This document shows, in pieces, positions 37,084-47,120 of a stretch of 64,000 bases of DNA. The notes below the pieces were generated by a model, which saw nothing but the letters and a program-made list of their open reading frames with translations, was not told where the DNA came from and did not search any database. Location of the stretch: NCBI GenBank assembly GCA_043813255.1, contig JBDRLG010000126.1, positions 2,882-66,881 on the forward strand, read 5' to 3'. The translations under genes and the position numbers were made by a program. This DNA comes from Candidatus Omnitrophota bacterium. GTDB taxonomy: Bacteria; Omnitrophota; Gorgyraeia; Gygaellales; Profunditerraquicolaceae. Position 1 is the stretch's first letter. Every line of letters begins with the position of its first letter.

Positions 37084-38970
37084 TTATTTGTTATTTAGTA
37101 CTAAGTATACATATATAGCAATAATTCCTAATAGACTGCCTATTAATCCAATTAATAAATTATGCGGGAAATAAGTTAATTTTATTAATCCAGCTGTTTT
37201 TTTATCCATATCAATAGATAGTAATCCGGTATAATTACCTATTTTTCCTTTATTGCTTTTCCATCCGGTATGATAATTTTGGTTAATAATCAATTTATCA
37301 GGGGTGGTTATTTTAGTATCTATAATTATTTTATTGGGGCTAAAATATAATAGATTAGCTTGGTTTTGTTCTTGTAGAAAGTATATTTCACCTTTATATT
37401 GAGAGTTAATTTTTAATTCAGGCATTATTTTATTGAAATCCATGATATGGTTAAAGACGGTATCGGCCTGTTGCTTGTTAATAAAATACTTTGGGAGAGT
37501 ATAGTGGTCTATGTCTATTGTTGGATAGAAATTAACTATCCCTATATTTTGTTGAAATAACGGATAAAACCAAAAGTCATCATTTTGCTTTTTATTTAAA
37601 TGATTGATCTCGTCCGGCCTTTTATAAAATTCTATTTGGAAAAAATCAGCATTATTTGTTTTATATATCTTTTCTTTTGGTAAATAACTGATTCTATTAA
37701 GGATTGAATAACTTAGTCTGCTTACTTCATAAATGGAGATTATTGCAAGTAGGATAAATATATATTTTAAAATATTTGTTTTTTTGATTTTATCGGTTAA
37801 TGAAAAACTTTGCCCGGCAATAAGAGCTATAAGGAAAAAAATATAAGGTAAAAAATATTTATCCGGTTTTACTATGCCGCGTGTAAAATTATTAATATTC
37901 CATAAAGGTTTATATATATCTATTAAACTATTGGGCCCGAACATTAAAATAGTAAAAAACAATAAAAGGATAAAATAGATGATACTTCTTTTAAAGTAAG
38001 TCAATAATGACACGAACAATAAAAAAATAGTTATATAGCCAAAATATATAGACAGGTATTCCGGTTGGATGTTTTTCTTAAATAAGCTATCGTATAATTT
38101 TTTTACAGTAAAACATCTTTCTGGAAGTGTCTCTTCTATCCTTCCTTCTTTATCTATTGCGGTTATCCCGTAAGATTTCTCTACTTCAGGAGAATTATGG
38201 AAATATTGATAATTTCTGGAATGTAATAAATCAATCATGGGGATAATTTTAATACTGCTTATTAATAGAGAAAATATTATTAATAAGATAAACTTTTTGA
38301 AATATCTATAGTTTAAAAATGAGCTATCCGTATGAGTAAAATTAAATGTTTTTAAAACTACAAATAGCAGGATAAATAAACATACGATAATAAAATTTAG
38401 GCCGGCGGACAATATATAAAAACTTAAAAAAATTGAAGCAAGCGGCAGATATTTAGGCCTTGAAAATGATTTAATAAAAAAAGAGATAAGAAATGGTAAA
38501 AAACAAATAGATAAATAATATATGTCACTGTCAATTATTCTATAAGCGAACCAGGGGCAAATTATAAATAAAACGGAAGAATAAATAGCTCCCAAATAAT
38601 TATATTTAAGTAAGTTTTTTGTTAAATAAAACATTCCAAGGGCTCCGATTAGAAGATAAGCTATTACAATCAATTTCACCCCGATAATTTCTTTAAATAA
38701 TCCTATGAATATGCCAAATGGATTTAAATTCCAGCCTTCAATGTCTCCTATGACTGGATATCCTCCTGAAAAAAGATAGGTTCTAAAAGGGAGTTGATGA
38801 AAATTTGATAGTGATTGGCTTAGTGGGATTGCTAAAGTATAATAGCGTCCCCATCCTTGTAGAGGTTGTTCGATATTTCTAATAAGCGGGAAATAAGTGA
38901 ATATTAATATAGTTATTAAGAGTAAATAACTTATCGTGTTAATTTTAGTTATATGTAGTTTTTTTAACAT
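37084..38970 (-). CDS. YfhO-like GT-C polytopic membrane protein (paralog pair A)
   Basis: 628 aa, polytopic. The C-terminus LIINQNYHTGWKSNKGKIGNY resembles the YfhO C-terminal motif. It is paralogous to 38945-40906, sharing YHQLPLRT...SGGYP near the N-terminus. Confidence 0.55.
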   Translation of the reverse strand: MLKKLHITKINTISYLLLITILIFTYFPLIRNIEQPLQGWGRYYTLAIPLSQSLSNFHQLPFRTYLFSGGYPVIGDIEGWNLNPFGIFIGLFKEIIGVKLIVIAYLLIGALGMFYLTKNLLKYNYLGAIYSSVLFIICPWFAYRIIDSDIYYLSICFLPFLISFFIKSFSRPKYLPLASIFLSFYILSAGLNFIIVCLFILLFVVLKTFNFTHTDSSFLNYRYFKKFILLIIFSLLISSIKIIPMIDLLHSRNYQYFHNSPEVEKSYGITAIDKEGRIEETLPERCFTVKKLYDSLFKKNIQPEYLSIYFGYITIFLLFVSLLTYFKRSIIYFILLLFFTILMFGPNSLIDIYKPLWNINNFTRGIVKPDKYFLPYIFFLIALIAGQSFSLTDKIKKTNILKYIFILLAIISIYEVSRLSYSILNRISYLPKEKIYKTNNADFFQIEFYKRPDEINHLNKKQNDDFWFYPLFQQNIGIVNFYPTIDIDHYTLPKYFINKQQADTVFNHIMDFNKIMPELKINSQYKGEIYFLQEQNQANLLYFSPNKIIIDTKITTPDKLIINQNYHTGWKSNKGKIGNYTGLLSIDMDKKTAGLIKLTYFPHNLLIGLIGSLLGIIAIYVYLVLNNK

Positions 38971-40906
38971 TGATTAAATAGATTATTAAAGCTGTTATGC
39001 TGAATATACTTATCCATAGTCCCACAAAAAAATCTAAAGGCTTATATTTTAGGTTTATTATATAACTACCGGTAATATTTAATTTGATTCCTAATAGTCC
39101 TTGATAATTGAATATTTCCCCATTATCTGTTTTCCAGCTTTTATGGTAATTTTGGTTTATAATTAAAGTATCAGGCTGTTTAAGAGTTATTTTTATTTTT
39201 ATATCGTTAGGACTAAAATATAAAAGTTCTGTTTTATTTTTCTGGTTAAGAGTATATATCTCTCCTTTATATGCAGGATTAATTGTCCCGGATAGAGTTA
39301 AATCAACAGATTCATTTTTTGGTAAATCATAAAAATTTTCAACGTAAACACATTCTTTTTTTAATCCGCCCGTTTTAATAAAGTATTTAGGTACAGCGTA
39401 TTCCCCGATATTTATTATTCCATGTTGTATAAAATTTACCAATCCTATATTTTGATTTAATAATATCCAAAAAGGCTGATATGAACGAATGTCTTTAAAT
39501 CCATTATAACCGGGCAGATCTCTTGGTTCTTCTTTTTTAAAGATTTCAGCCTGGAAAAAAGAAGGATATTTCTTGCATATAGGGATTTTTTCATAGACTA
39601 AGTCACGGAATAATAACCTGCTATGGTAAAATATATTAGTTATGCCGGCTATAAGCGTTAATAGTATTAAAAATTTAATAAATTTTTGTTTTATATGCAG
39701 TTCATTTAAAAAATTTCCCGAAATAATGGATATTAAAAATGGGGGAAAAAAACCAAAATATTTATTAAGTCTCCACATGCTGTAATCAAATGGTATCAAT
39801 CGCGATAAGTATTTAAATAAGTCAATAGGGCTGTTTGGTCCAAATTGTATAAGCAGGAATATAAAAAAAATAACAACATAATTCAACACGCGTTTTGAAT
39901 AAAAAATAGAAATAATAAAAATCAATAAAGGTATATAACCTAAATACATTGTTGAATACCCTCTAAAATTAGGATCAAGCAAAGAATCTTTTAATTGAGA
40001 AAGATTTAAGCAGGCCCCAAAGCCTTTAATAGAAGCAGAAATAAAGGTGTATGAATCTTTATATGGAGTGATATCAGAGGGAATTTTTTGAGAAAACAGC
40101 TGTAAAAAAGGCAATGTTTTAACAGAGCTGACTAATAGTGAACAAATAACAGTTATAAAAAAAATAGAAATATAAAAAAAACTTATATTGATTTTTCGCT
40201 TATTAGTTATTGTTATGATATTTAAACAAGAAAAAAGAAATAAAAATAGTAAAATGGGAAATAATATTAAAGGGTTAGAAAGAAAAATTAAGCTTAACGT
40301 TAGAACTAAATATATTATGGATTTTTTATCAGTCTTACATTTTATAAAAAAAGCCATCAGCCAAGGTAGTAAATAAAAAAACAATTTTTCTAAATTACCA
40401 TCAATAGCTTCGTATGCTCCCCAATTGCATAGAATGAATAATAAACTTGAAAACATCGTGCTTATAAGAGAATATTTTAAGACGTGTCTAGTTAGATAAA
40501 ACATGCCTGACGCGCCGATAATAAATATCAGGAAGGCCATAAGCCTTATCCCTGTTATTTCTCCAAATAACAGAATTAAAATAAAAAAAGGGGTCAGGCA
40601 AAAATTAGATGGATGTGCGATAAAAGGATATCCACCGCTTAAATATGGTGTTCGTAGCGGTAATTGATGGTATTCTAATATAGTTGTTTTAGAAAGTGCC
40701 GCGTAATAATAATTTCTCCACCAGTCGTTTTCATTTATGGTTGTGTTAGGAATATTCTTCAGAAGAGGCAGATAAAACATGGCTGTAATAATAATAATAA
40801 GTAAAATGCAGAGCAGTTCTTTTTTTGAAGACAAAAAATTTTTAGGTCCTTTGTCCTGATAATAATTTTGGCAGCTATTTATTAAGCTTGTTTTGTTTAT
40901 TGCCAT
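38945..40906 (-). CDS. YfhO-like GT-C polytopic membrane protein (paralog pair B)
   Basis: 653 aa. The C-terminus LIINQNYHKSWKTDNGEIFNY is paralogous to the 37084 gene. Confidence 0.55.
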   Translation of the reverse strand: MAINKTSLINSCQNYYQDKGPKNFLSSKKELLCILLIIIITAMFYLPLLKNIPNTTINENDWWRNYYYAALSKTTILEYHQLPLRTPYLSGGYPFIAHPSNFCLTPFFILILLFGEITGIRLMAFLIFIIGASGMFYLTRHVLKYSLISTMFSSLLFILCNWGAYEAIDGNLEKLFFYLLPWLMAFFIKCKTDKKSIIYLVLTLSLIFLSNPLILFPILLFLFLFSCLNIITITNKRKINISFFYISIFFITVICSLLVSSVKTLPFLQLFSQKIPSDITPYKDSYTFISASIKGFGACLNLSQLKDSLLDPNFRGYSTMYLGYIPLLIFIISIFYSKRVLNYVVIFFIFLLIQFGPNSPIDLFKYLSRLIPFDYSMWRLNKYFGFFPPFLISIISGNFLNELHIKQKFIKFLILLTLIAGITNIFYHSRLLFRDLVYEKIPICKKYPSFFQAEIFKKEEPRDLPGYNGFKDIRSYQPFWILLNQNIGLVNFIQHGIINIGEYAVPKYFIKTGGLKKECVYVENFYDLPKNESVDLTLSGTINPAYKGEIYTLNQKNKTELLYFSPNDIKIKITLKQPDTLIINQNYHKSWKTDNGEIFNYQGLLGIKLNITGSYIINLKYKPLDFFVGLWISIFSITALIIYLINVKKTTYN

Positions 40907-40914
40907 ATAATTCC

Positions 40915-42534
40915 TTATATATTTGTATGCTGAAAAGAGGAATCTTTTATTTTAATAACAAAAATATCTCCATCGTCAAATAGAATTTCATTTTTTGGAG
41001 TATCCATTAAAATAAATTTTTTTCTACCGGCTATTAAACTTTTAATATAAGTATTAAAAGGATTAAGATAGAACTCGGCATTGGCTAAATAATCTTTGGA
41101 AAAATGCCTTCTTTCGACTATCAAATGAGTAATATGGTATTTTTTGCAGAAGTTATAAACTTCTGCAGCTGAATTTGAATAATAGGCTTTAAAGAAATTA
41201 TAGGTTCTTTCTTTTATTACAGGGTAAAAATTAGCATACATCGGCTGAGATGTTTCTTCATTAATTAAAACCTTCCTTTTTGAATATACTGGAATATAAT
41301 CCATTGATGTGGGATGGCCGGCAATAAGTATATCTTTCGGCAGTGTTTGTAAGAAGTTATATAGTTTGGGCTTAGGCGCAATACTATAGTCACTATATAA
41401 AGTAGGAATAAATAAAACAGCAGAAAAAAATAAAAAGCTTATTAATATGAAAAATCTTACGTTTATATTCTTTATTTTTCCTAAAACGTTAGCAATATTA
41501 ATAGACACAAGAATCGTTAATATAGTAGGCAGAGAATATCTTATATATCTGGCAGGCCCATAGAGTTTATAAAGCATAATTGTTGCAAATATATATAAGA
41601 TAAATGACGCAATAATAAAATAACAAAGCTTTTTTGGTGCTTCGAAAGAGTGCCTTTTTAAAAATAATAGTAAGAATAACAATGCCAGTATAAGAAATTT
41701 TACAGGAAATGTAATGGCAAAGCCTGTTTCTGCATTAACCAATTGTTCTAATAATGAGGGATAAAATAATACCTTTCTGCCTCCGGGATAAAACTCAGGC
41801 ATGCCGGATATATTATTGAATCCGAATAATTGAAGCTGACTGTTTGATGCTTTTAGAATAACTAAAAAAGAGATAATTAGTACCAAGAATAATAAATAAT
41901 ATATTTCAGCTTTTTTAATCTTTTTATACTTATAGAAAATATCCCAGATATAGGCCAGAAGACATATAAGAAATGTGGGTGGATAGAAAAATATCAATTG
42001 AAAAATCAAAGAAAGGCCCATCCGCAAGATATTTTTTTTTAAAAAATAGTATAAGAAAATAATAAAAAATATCATCGCGAAATTCATGACTCCCCCAGCC
42101 CCCATAAATTCATATTTATTATCGGACCATATTATAAAAATATATAGTACTCCGGACAAAATACCAGCGATATTCCCTTTTAAAAGCTTTCCGATTTTAA
42201 ACATATATAAGGATGATATAAAACAGAGAAAAAAAGGCAGGATTTTAGTGAATTGTATCGGGTCGTAAAACAGGCTTATTATAGAATAAAAAATATTAAC
42301 TCCCCAAGGGCTCCATTTTGAGTAAAAATCAGTTATAAAATCATTATTAAAGAGGCTCTTATCCTGGTTCTTTAAAAAAATATATATATTCTGTCTTACA
42401 TCGTCATTTAAGGCGTATTTATTGATTAATAACGGATATTGGCAGTATAAAGTAATTAAAAAAGAGGCCAGAATTAGAAAAATAATTATTTTATTTTCTG
42501 AAATTTTCTCGATATCAAACATGGTTTTAATCAA
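40915..42534 (-). CDS. Polytopic membrane protein, putative GT-C-fold glycosyltransferase (paralog of 15628-17232)
   Basis: 539 aa. The NDDVRQNIYIFL / SPWGVNIFYSII blocks and a long C-terminal block are shared with the 15628 gene. Confidence 0.45.
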   Translation of the reverse strand: MIKTMFDIEKISENKIIIFLILASFLITLYCQYPLLINKYALNDDVRQNIYIFLKNQDKSLFNNDFITDFYSKWSPWGVNIFYSIISLFYDPIQFTKILPFFLCFISSLYMFKIGKLLKGNIAGILSGVLYIFIIWSDNKYEFMGAGGVMNFAMIFFIIFLYYFLKKNILRMGLSLIFQLIFFYPPTFLICLLAYIWDIFYKYKKIKKAEIYYLLFLVLIISFLVILKASNSQLQLFGFNNISGMPEFYPGGRKVLFYPSLLEQLVNAETGFAITFPVKFLILALLFLLLFLKRHSFEAPKKLCYFIIASFILYIFATIMLYKLYGPARYIRYSLPTILTILVSINIANVLGKIKNINVRFFILISFLFFSAVLFIPTLYSDYSIAPKPKLYNFLQTLPKDILIAGHPTSMDYIPVYSKRKVLINEETSQPMYANFYPVIKERTYNFFKAYYSNSAAEVYNFCKKYHITHLIVERRHFSKDYLANAEFYLNPFNTYIKSLIAGRKKFILMDTPKNEILFDDGDIFVIKIKDSSFQHTNI

Positions 42535-43507
42535 ATAATTTCTTTATATTTAAAAACTCATCCAGATTAAATTTTAGGAAACAATTCATTTCCAATGTGC
42601 TGGTGCACCAGCAGCCTTCACATTTTGAAACAGGTAAATTAAGATGCGTTTCTTCGAGAAAAGGAGTTAAACAATTAGGGGCTTTCGTTTTCTCCATCAG
42701 CATCGTGCACGGGTATAAATCTCCTTCGGAAGAAATACAATAAGTTAATCTTCCTCCATAACAGGTCATTTTATTATAAGAAGGCCAGTCATATAAATAC
42801 TTTAACGCTGTTAAAGAATTTATGATGTATTTATTGTTTTTTTTTAATAAAATTAGTTTTTTAATTGTTTTTCTATAATTCTCTTTATCAGGAAAAAGGT
42901 GATTAATATTTGCCTCTCCGGAATGAACGTAACTCAAGGGTTGAAATTTTACTTTTACATTTAGTTCTCCGGCCTTTTCTAAGATAAAATCAACAGAATC
43001 CAAATTATATTTTGATAAAGTAGTATTAAATTTCGTGACTAAGCAATGCCTTTGTGCCAATTTTACAGCAGCTATTGTATCTTTATACGAGCCTTTCCCT
43101 CTGATAAAATCATGTATATCTTCCGGCCCGTCAAAACTCAGCTTAAGAATATCTAAATGTTGTAATTCTTCTATCTTAAGAGGCAATAATGAACCATTAG
43201 ATGTTATTCCGGTAAAAATATTCTTACTGTGACAGTAATTTATAATCTCTCCTATATCTTCTCGTAATAAAGGTTCCCCTCCGCTGAATATGATTATTTT
43301 TGTTCCTTTTTTAGAAAATGTATTAATAATTGATAATATTTCTTTAGTGTTTAGTTCTTTGCAGGGCGTATTCCATCTAGAGCAGTATTTACATTGCCGA
43401 TTGCATCTGTTAAGCAGATGCCAGCTGATAATTAAAGGTATCTTTTTGTTAAACAGCTTTACTTTGATGACTGCTTTTAATGAATCCCATTTAATTCTTA
43501 AGTTCAT
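42527..43507 (-). CDS. Radical SAM protein with SPASM/twitch domain (paralog family)
   Basis: 326 aa. LLNRCNRQCKYCSRW is followed by the C-terminal Cys set CYGGRLTYCISSEGDLYPC...CEGCWC. Confidence 0.85.
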   Translation of the reverse strand: MNLRIKWDSLKAVIKVKLFNKKIPLIISWHLLNRCNRQCKYCSRWNTPCKELNTKEILSIINTFSKKGTKIIIFSGGEPLLREDIGEIINYCHSKNIFTGITSNGSLLPLKIEELQHLDILKLSFDGPEDIHDFIRGKGSYKDTIAAVKLAQRHCLVTKFNTTLSKYNLDSVDFILEKAGELNVKVKFQPLSYVHSGEANINHLFPDKENYRKTIKKLILLKKNNKYIINSLTALKYLYDWPSYNKMTCYGGRLTYCISSEGDLYPCTMLMEKTKAPNCLTPFLEETHLNLPVSKCEGCWCTSTLEMNCFLKFNLDEFLNIKKLFD

Positions 43508-44579
43508 TTTTTATTACCTCAAAAATTCCATCCGCAATTATTTGATTTTGTTTTTCTCCTACATGGCAATAATCTATAAAATAAGTTCCTGATTTATTAT
43601 CAAAAAGATGAGAAAGATTATGGAATTTTGGCCTGTTTAATCTGTCTGCCAAGGTGTATGTATAAAAATAAATTCTTTCTAATTCTTTATTTTTAAAAGC
43701 AAGTGCTGTTATTTCTTCATTTGTTTTTGGATTGACCATGAAAAGCACGGGCTGCCAAAAGAAACTGTATTTAAAACCATATGCTTGAGACAGCCTTTCA
43801 ATTAAATCCATATTTTTTTTATAATCTTTTATGATTTGATACGCTAGATTTTCCAAAGCAGTTTCATCATACATATTGTTCTTTTTAAAAACGTTATTCA
43901 AATAGGAAAATAAATAAATAAATTTGGAATTAGTTAAAAGTGCCTCTTCGCTCAGTTTATTAAATATTCTGGGTTCTAATCCCAGTTTCATTTTCCATCT
44001 GTTATAATTATAGATAAGCCCTGCTTCCCTGTTTTGTAATGCTGCCAGTACATCATTAACCCCGTCGTAAAAAATTACATAATCGGGGATGTTGCCTTTT
44101 TTTAACTGAGTAATTAAAAGAATGATTTCTTGAGTTAGGACATAGCCGGCTTCTCCAAAGTTAGTCACAGAATACGACTCTGTGTTTTTATTTATATTTT
44201 TTGAAAGCAAAGAAGCTATGGTAAAGTTATCTCTTACGCCTGTACCCCAAACAGTAGATCCGCCAAAAATAAAAACTTTATTTAATTTTTTTGTATCTTT
44301 AGGGTTCCAGGTCTTTCTTATGCCCTCATCTGATATATTAATAAATTTACCCGCATAACCCTGTCTTCTCCATTCATAGAAAGGATAATAATTTTTTTTA
44401 AGTTGATCGAATTCCATAAAATACTGTTTTGCCCAAGGGGAATCTTTGTAGATAGATGATTCGTAGCGTTTATTTTTATTCCAAGAATAAACATCTTTTA
44501 TAAAAAAATAAAATCTGGCGCTTAATTCAAGCCCCGCTAATAAAATAATAAAAAATATTATTTTTAGTATTAATTTCAT
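43491..44579 (-). CDS. SGNH-hydrolase-fold protein, membrane-anchored
   Basis: 362 aa with an N-terminal TM helix. Block I is VFIFGGSTVWGTG (a putative Ser nucleophile in GGST), block III is VIFYDGVNDV, and block V is IDYCHVGE (DxxH). Confidence 0.5.
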   Translation of the reverse strand: MKLILKIIFFIILLAGLELSARFYFFIKDVYSWNKNKRYESSIYKDSPWAKQYFMEFDQLKKNYYPFYEWRRQGYAGKFINISDEGIRKTWNPKDTKKLNKVFIFGGSTVWGTGVRDNFTIASLLSKNINKNTESYSVTNFGEAGYVLTQEIILLITQLKKGNIPDYVIFYDGVNDVLAALQNREAGLIYNYNRWKMKLGLEPRIFNKLSEEALLTNSKFIYLFSYLNNVFKKNNMYDETALENLAYQIIKDYKKNMDLIERLSQAYGFKYSFFWQPVLFMVNPKTNEEITALAFKNKELERIYFYTYTLADRLNRPKFHNLSHLFDNKSGTYFIDYCHVGEKQNQIIADGIFEVIKNELKN

Positions 44580-46015
44580 TTTAAATTTTGTTTTCTAAAC
44601 ATGGAAATTAATAATTTTGTTCCATTCCAATAAAAATTCATCAGTTTTAAAAAATAATTATTCTTGATAGATTTAATAATAAATGACGGGTTTAAATAAA
44701 ATTTAATATAAGCTTTTTTAATTAAAAATTTTAAATCTTGAGAACTTAAATCCGGTGTATTTAGTACCGGATTTTCGGGAAGAAATGTCCAGTTTGACCA
44801 GTTTTGATGATGCGGGATATATCCTTTTTCTAATGATAATCTATAAAACTCTGTTCCTACTAATGGAAGAGCTATGTAAAAATCAGCGGCAGTGGGTTTA
44901 ATTACATTTAGAAATCTTAAAGTCTCTTTGAAAGTTTGTTTAGTTTCTCCCGGGTAGCCTATAATAACACATGCCGTTGCGGCTATCCCTATTTTGTGCG
45001 TTAATCTGAAGGCCTCTTTAATTTGAGCCAGAGTAAATTGTTTATTCATGGCATTTAAAATTTGTTGAGACCCTGATTCTACTCCAAAGCGTAATAAGCG
45101 GAATTTCGCTTTTTTTAGTTTTTTTAATATGGGTTCATCAACAGAATCGACCCGCAGCATGCAGGTAAGATTAAGATTGTAATCTCTTTCTATTAAGCCA
45201 TCCAGTATTTTAAATAGCCGGGGTTTATTGGCTAATAAGCAGCTGTCGCTTATCTCAATGCATTTTATATTGTGTTTTTTGACTAATAAATCAATTTCAC
45301 TTAATATATACTCCGCGCTTTTAAAATAAATACAATTACCCCAAACACTTCTTATTCCGCAAAAAGTACAATTATAACGGCATCCTCTGGATGTAAATAA
45401 ATTTGTATACGGGCTCAACTCAATTTCTTCGTAAGACCAAAAATGATGTAATTTGATTCCGTATTTGTTCATTGGTAAAAGGTGATAAGCTGGAAAAGGC
45501 AATTTATCCAGATTTGTTATTCTTTCTCTTACTGGATTAAATTTCATATGTCCGTTATCTCTATAAACAAGCCCTTTTACTTTAGAAATATCTTTATTAT
45601 TTTGCAATGTTTCTAAGAGTTCAAATAATGTTATTTCTCCTTCTCCGATTATCCCAAAATCAATGACTTTGTATCCAGCCATAGTTTCTAATGGCAGAGC
45701 GGAAAAATGAGGCCCTCCCATAATACTTATGCATTTAGGGTTTATTGCTTTTGCTATTTTTAGGATATCTATTGTTTGAAGGAAGGTAGGAGTCAATGAA
45801 CTAACTGCAATTGCGTCAAAATCTTTAGGAAGATATTTATGTAAATCTTCCAAGAGAATATTATCAACTGCTGGATCAAATATTTGGACTTCAAACCCTT
45901 TATCTAATAAAAAAGCAGCTAATCCCGCCAGATTTACTGGAGGCGTTTTTCCAAATGATTTACTAATCTTCGAGTATAGATAATGATGAGGTATACCGAC
46001 AAAAAGAATTTTCAT
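44576..46015 (-). CDS. B12-binding domain radical SAM enzyme (second copy)
   Basis: 479 aa. The N-terminal B12-binding Rossmann-like domain is followed by the rSAM core FTSRGCRYNCTFCG. It is paralogous to 18898-20316. Confidence 0.85.
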   Translation of the reverse strand: MKILFVGIPHHYLYSKISKSFGKTPPVNLAGLAAFLLDKGFEVQIFDPAVDNILLEDLHKYLPKDFDAIAVSSLTPTFLQTIDILKIAKAINPKCISIMGGPHFSALPLETMAGYKVIDFGIIGEGEITLFELLETLQNNKDISKVKGLVYRDNGHMKFNPVRERITNLDKLPFPAYHLLPMNKYGIKLHHFWSYEEIELSPYTNLFTSRGCRYNCTFCGIRSVWGNCIYFKSAEYILSEIDLLVKKHNIKCIEISDSCLLANKPRLFKILDGLIERDYNLNLTCMLRVDSVDEPILKKLKKAKFRLLRFGVESGSQQILNAMNKQFTLAQIKEAFRLTHKIGIAATACVIIGYPGETKQTFKETLRFLNVIKPTAADFYIALPLVGTEFYRLSLEKGYIPHHQNWSNWTFLPENPVLNTPDLSSQDLKFLIKKAYIKFYLNPSFIIKSIKNNYFLKLMNFYWNGTKLLISMFRKQNLK

Positions 46016-46016
46016 T

Positions 46017-47033
46017 TTAAAGTAATATTTTTCTTATTAAATGTAAAATATCCAGCTTAAAAGCCATTAAATAATTTAATTCTATTGTGCCGCAAAATCC
46101 ACAACCGCTACATGGCGGCAAATCAGGTAGATTATTAAATGCCTCTTTGAAGCCAACCTCTGCGCAATTGGGAATTTTAGTATCATATTTAAGGCGGTCA
46201 CAAGGAGAAATTTCTCCATTTGCTGCAATCATGCAAAATATCTTGCCTCCCCAGCATTTTAATTTTTCATATTGAGGCCAGTTATATATATGATGAAGGC
46301 CGCGTAAAGAATTCCTTAATAGAAAATTATTTTGTTTTTTATAGGAGATAAGCTTATTTATTGTTTGTTTAAAAAGAGATTCCAAAGGTTCTATCGAATC
46401 TAATTTTCCTGTCGTATTCTTGTACTCTATTTCTTTTAAAGGTTGAAAAGCTACAATGGTATTAAACTTTTTTGCAATAGCGAGAATATCATCAATATAT
46501 TTAATATTAAATTTAGTTAAAGTAGTAGTAAAAATAAAAAATATTTTATTAGTTTGTGCGCATGAAGCAGCATTTATTGCCCAATTATAGCTTTCTTTTT
46601 TTCCTCTTACTAATTCATTAATATCTGCAGGGCCATCTAAACTTATTTTGAGTAAATCCAAAGCTTTTAGTTCTTTTGCTTTTTTTTCAAAAAGATAACC
46701 GGTGGAATTCATCTCGGGAGAAATCCCTAATCTTTTGCAATAGGTTATAATATCTCCTATATCTTCTCTTAGTAAAGGTTCTCCTCCGCTAAAGGAAATT
46801 TTTTTAGTTCCACACCTTTTGATTTCTTCTAAAAGTTTAAAAATTATTTTTGTTGGAAGCTCTTTTTCACTGGGTGATTTCCAGATTTTACAATACTCGC
46901 ATTTAGAAGGGCATTTTTCCGTAAGCTGCCAGCGTATTGCCAAAGGGGTCCTTTTATTAAAAAGTTTAACTTTAAAAATTATATTTAAAGCTTCTAATTG
47001 TTTTTTGTAATTTAATCTTGTTTTTTTTCTCAT
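46017..47033 (-). CDS. Radical SAM protein with SPASM/twitch domain (paralog family, divergent cluster motif)
   Basis: 338 aa. The cluster motif here is LTEKCPSKCEYCKIW (Cx3Cx2C). The C-terminal Cys set is CWGGKIFCMIAANGEISPC...CSGCGFC. Confidence 0.8.
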   Translation of the reverse strand: MRKKTRLNYKKQLEALNIIFKVKLFNKRTPLAIRWQLTEKCPSKCEYCKIWKSPSEKELPTKIIFKLLEEIKRCGTKKISFSGGEPLLREDIGDIITYCKRLGISPEMNSTGYLFEKKAKELKALDLLKISLDGPADINELVRGKKESYNWAINAASCAQTNKIFFIFTTTLTKFNIKYIDDILAIAKKFNTIVAFQPLKEIEYKNTTGKLDSIEPLESLFKQTINKLISYKKQNNFLLRNSLRGLHHIYNWPQYEKLKCWGGKIFCMIAANGEISPCDRLKYDTKIPNCAEVGFKEAFNNLPDLPPCSGCGFCGTIELNYLMAFKLDILHLIRKILL

Positions 47034-47120
47034 TAATTTTCCCCCGTAATTAATTATTTATTATAATCCAAAAATATTCAATTTATCTTATAAAATTATA
47101 CTATTAAAATCTACGTGGAA

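Noticed and set aside
20338-47033. Interpretation of the four paralogous rSAM-SPASM genes as RiPP maturases with nearby precursor peptides
   Set aside because: No short Cys/Gly/Ser-rich ORFs with RBSs were found in the few intergenic gaps (36886-37083, 47034-47120). Every neighbour is a glycan-pathway enzyme. The reduced Cys set fits BtrN-like twitch dehydrogenases. The RiPP idea is kept open only for the separate 62558 gene.
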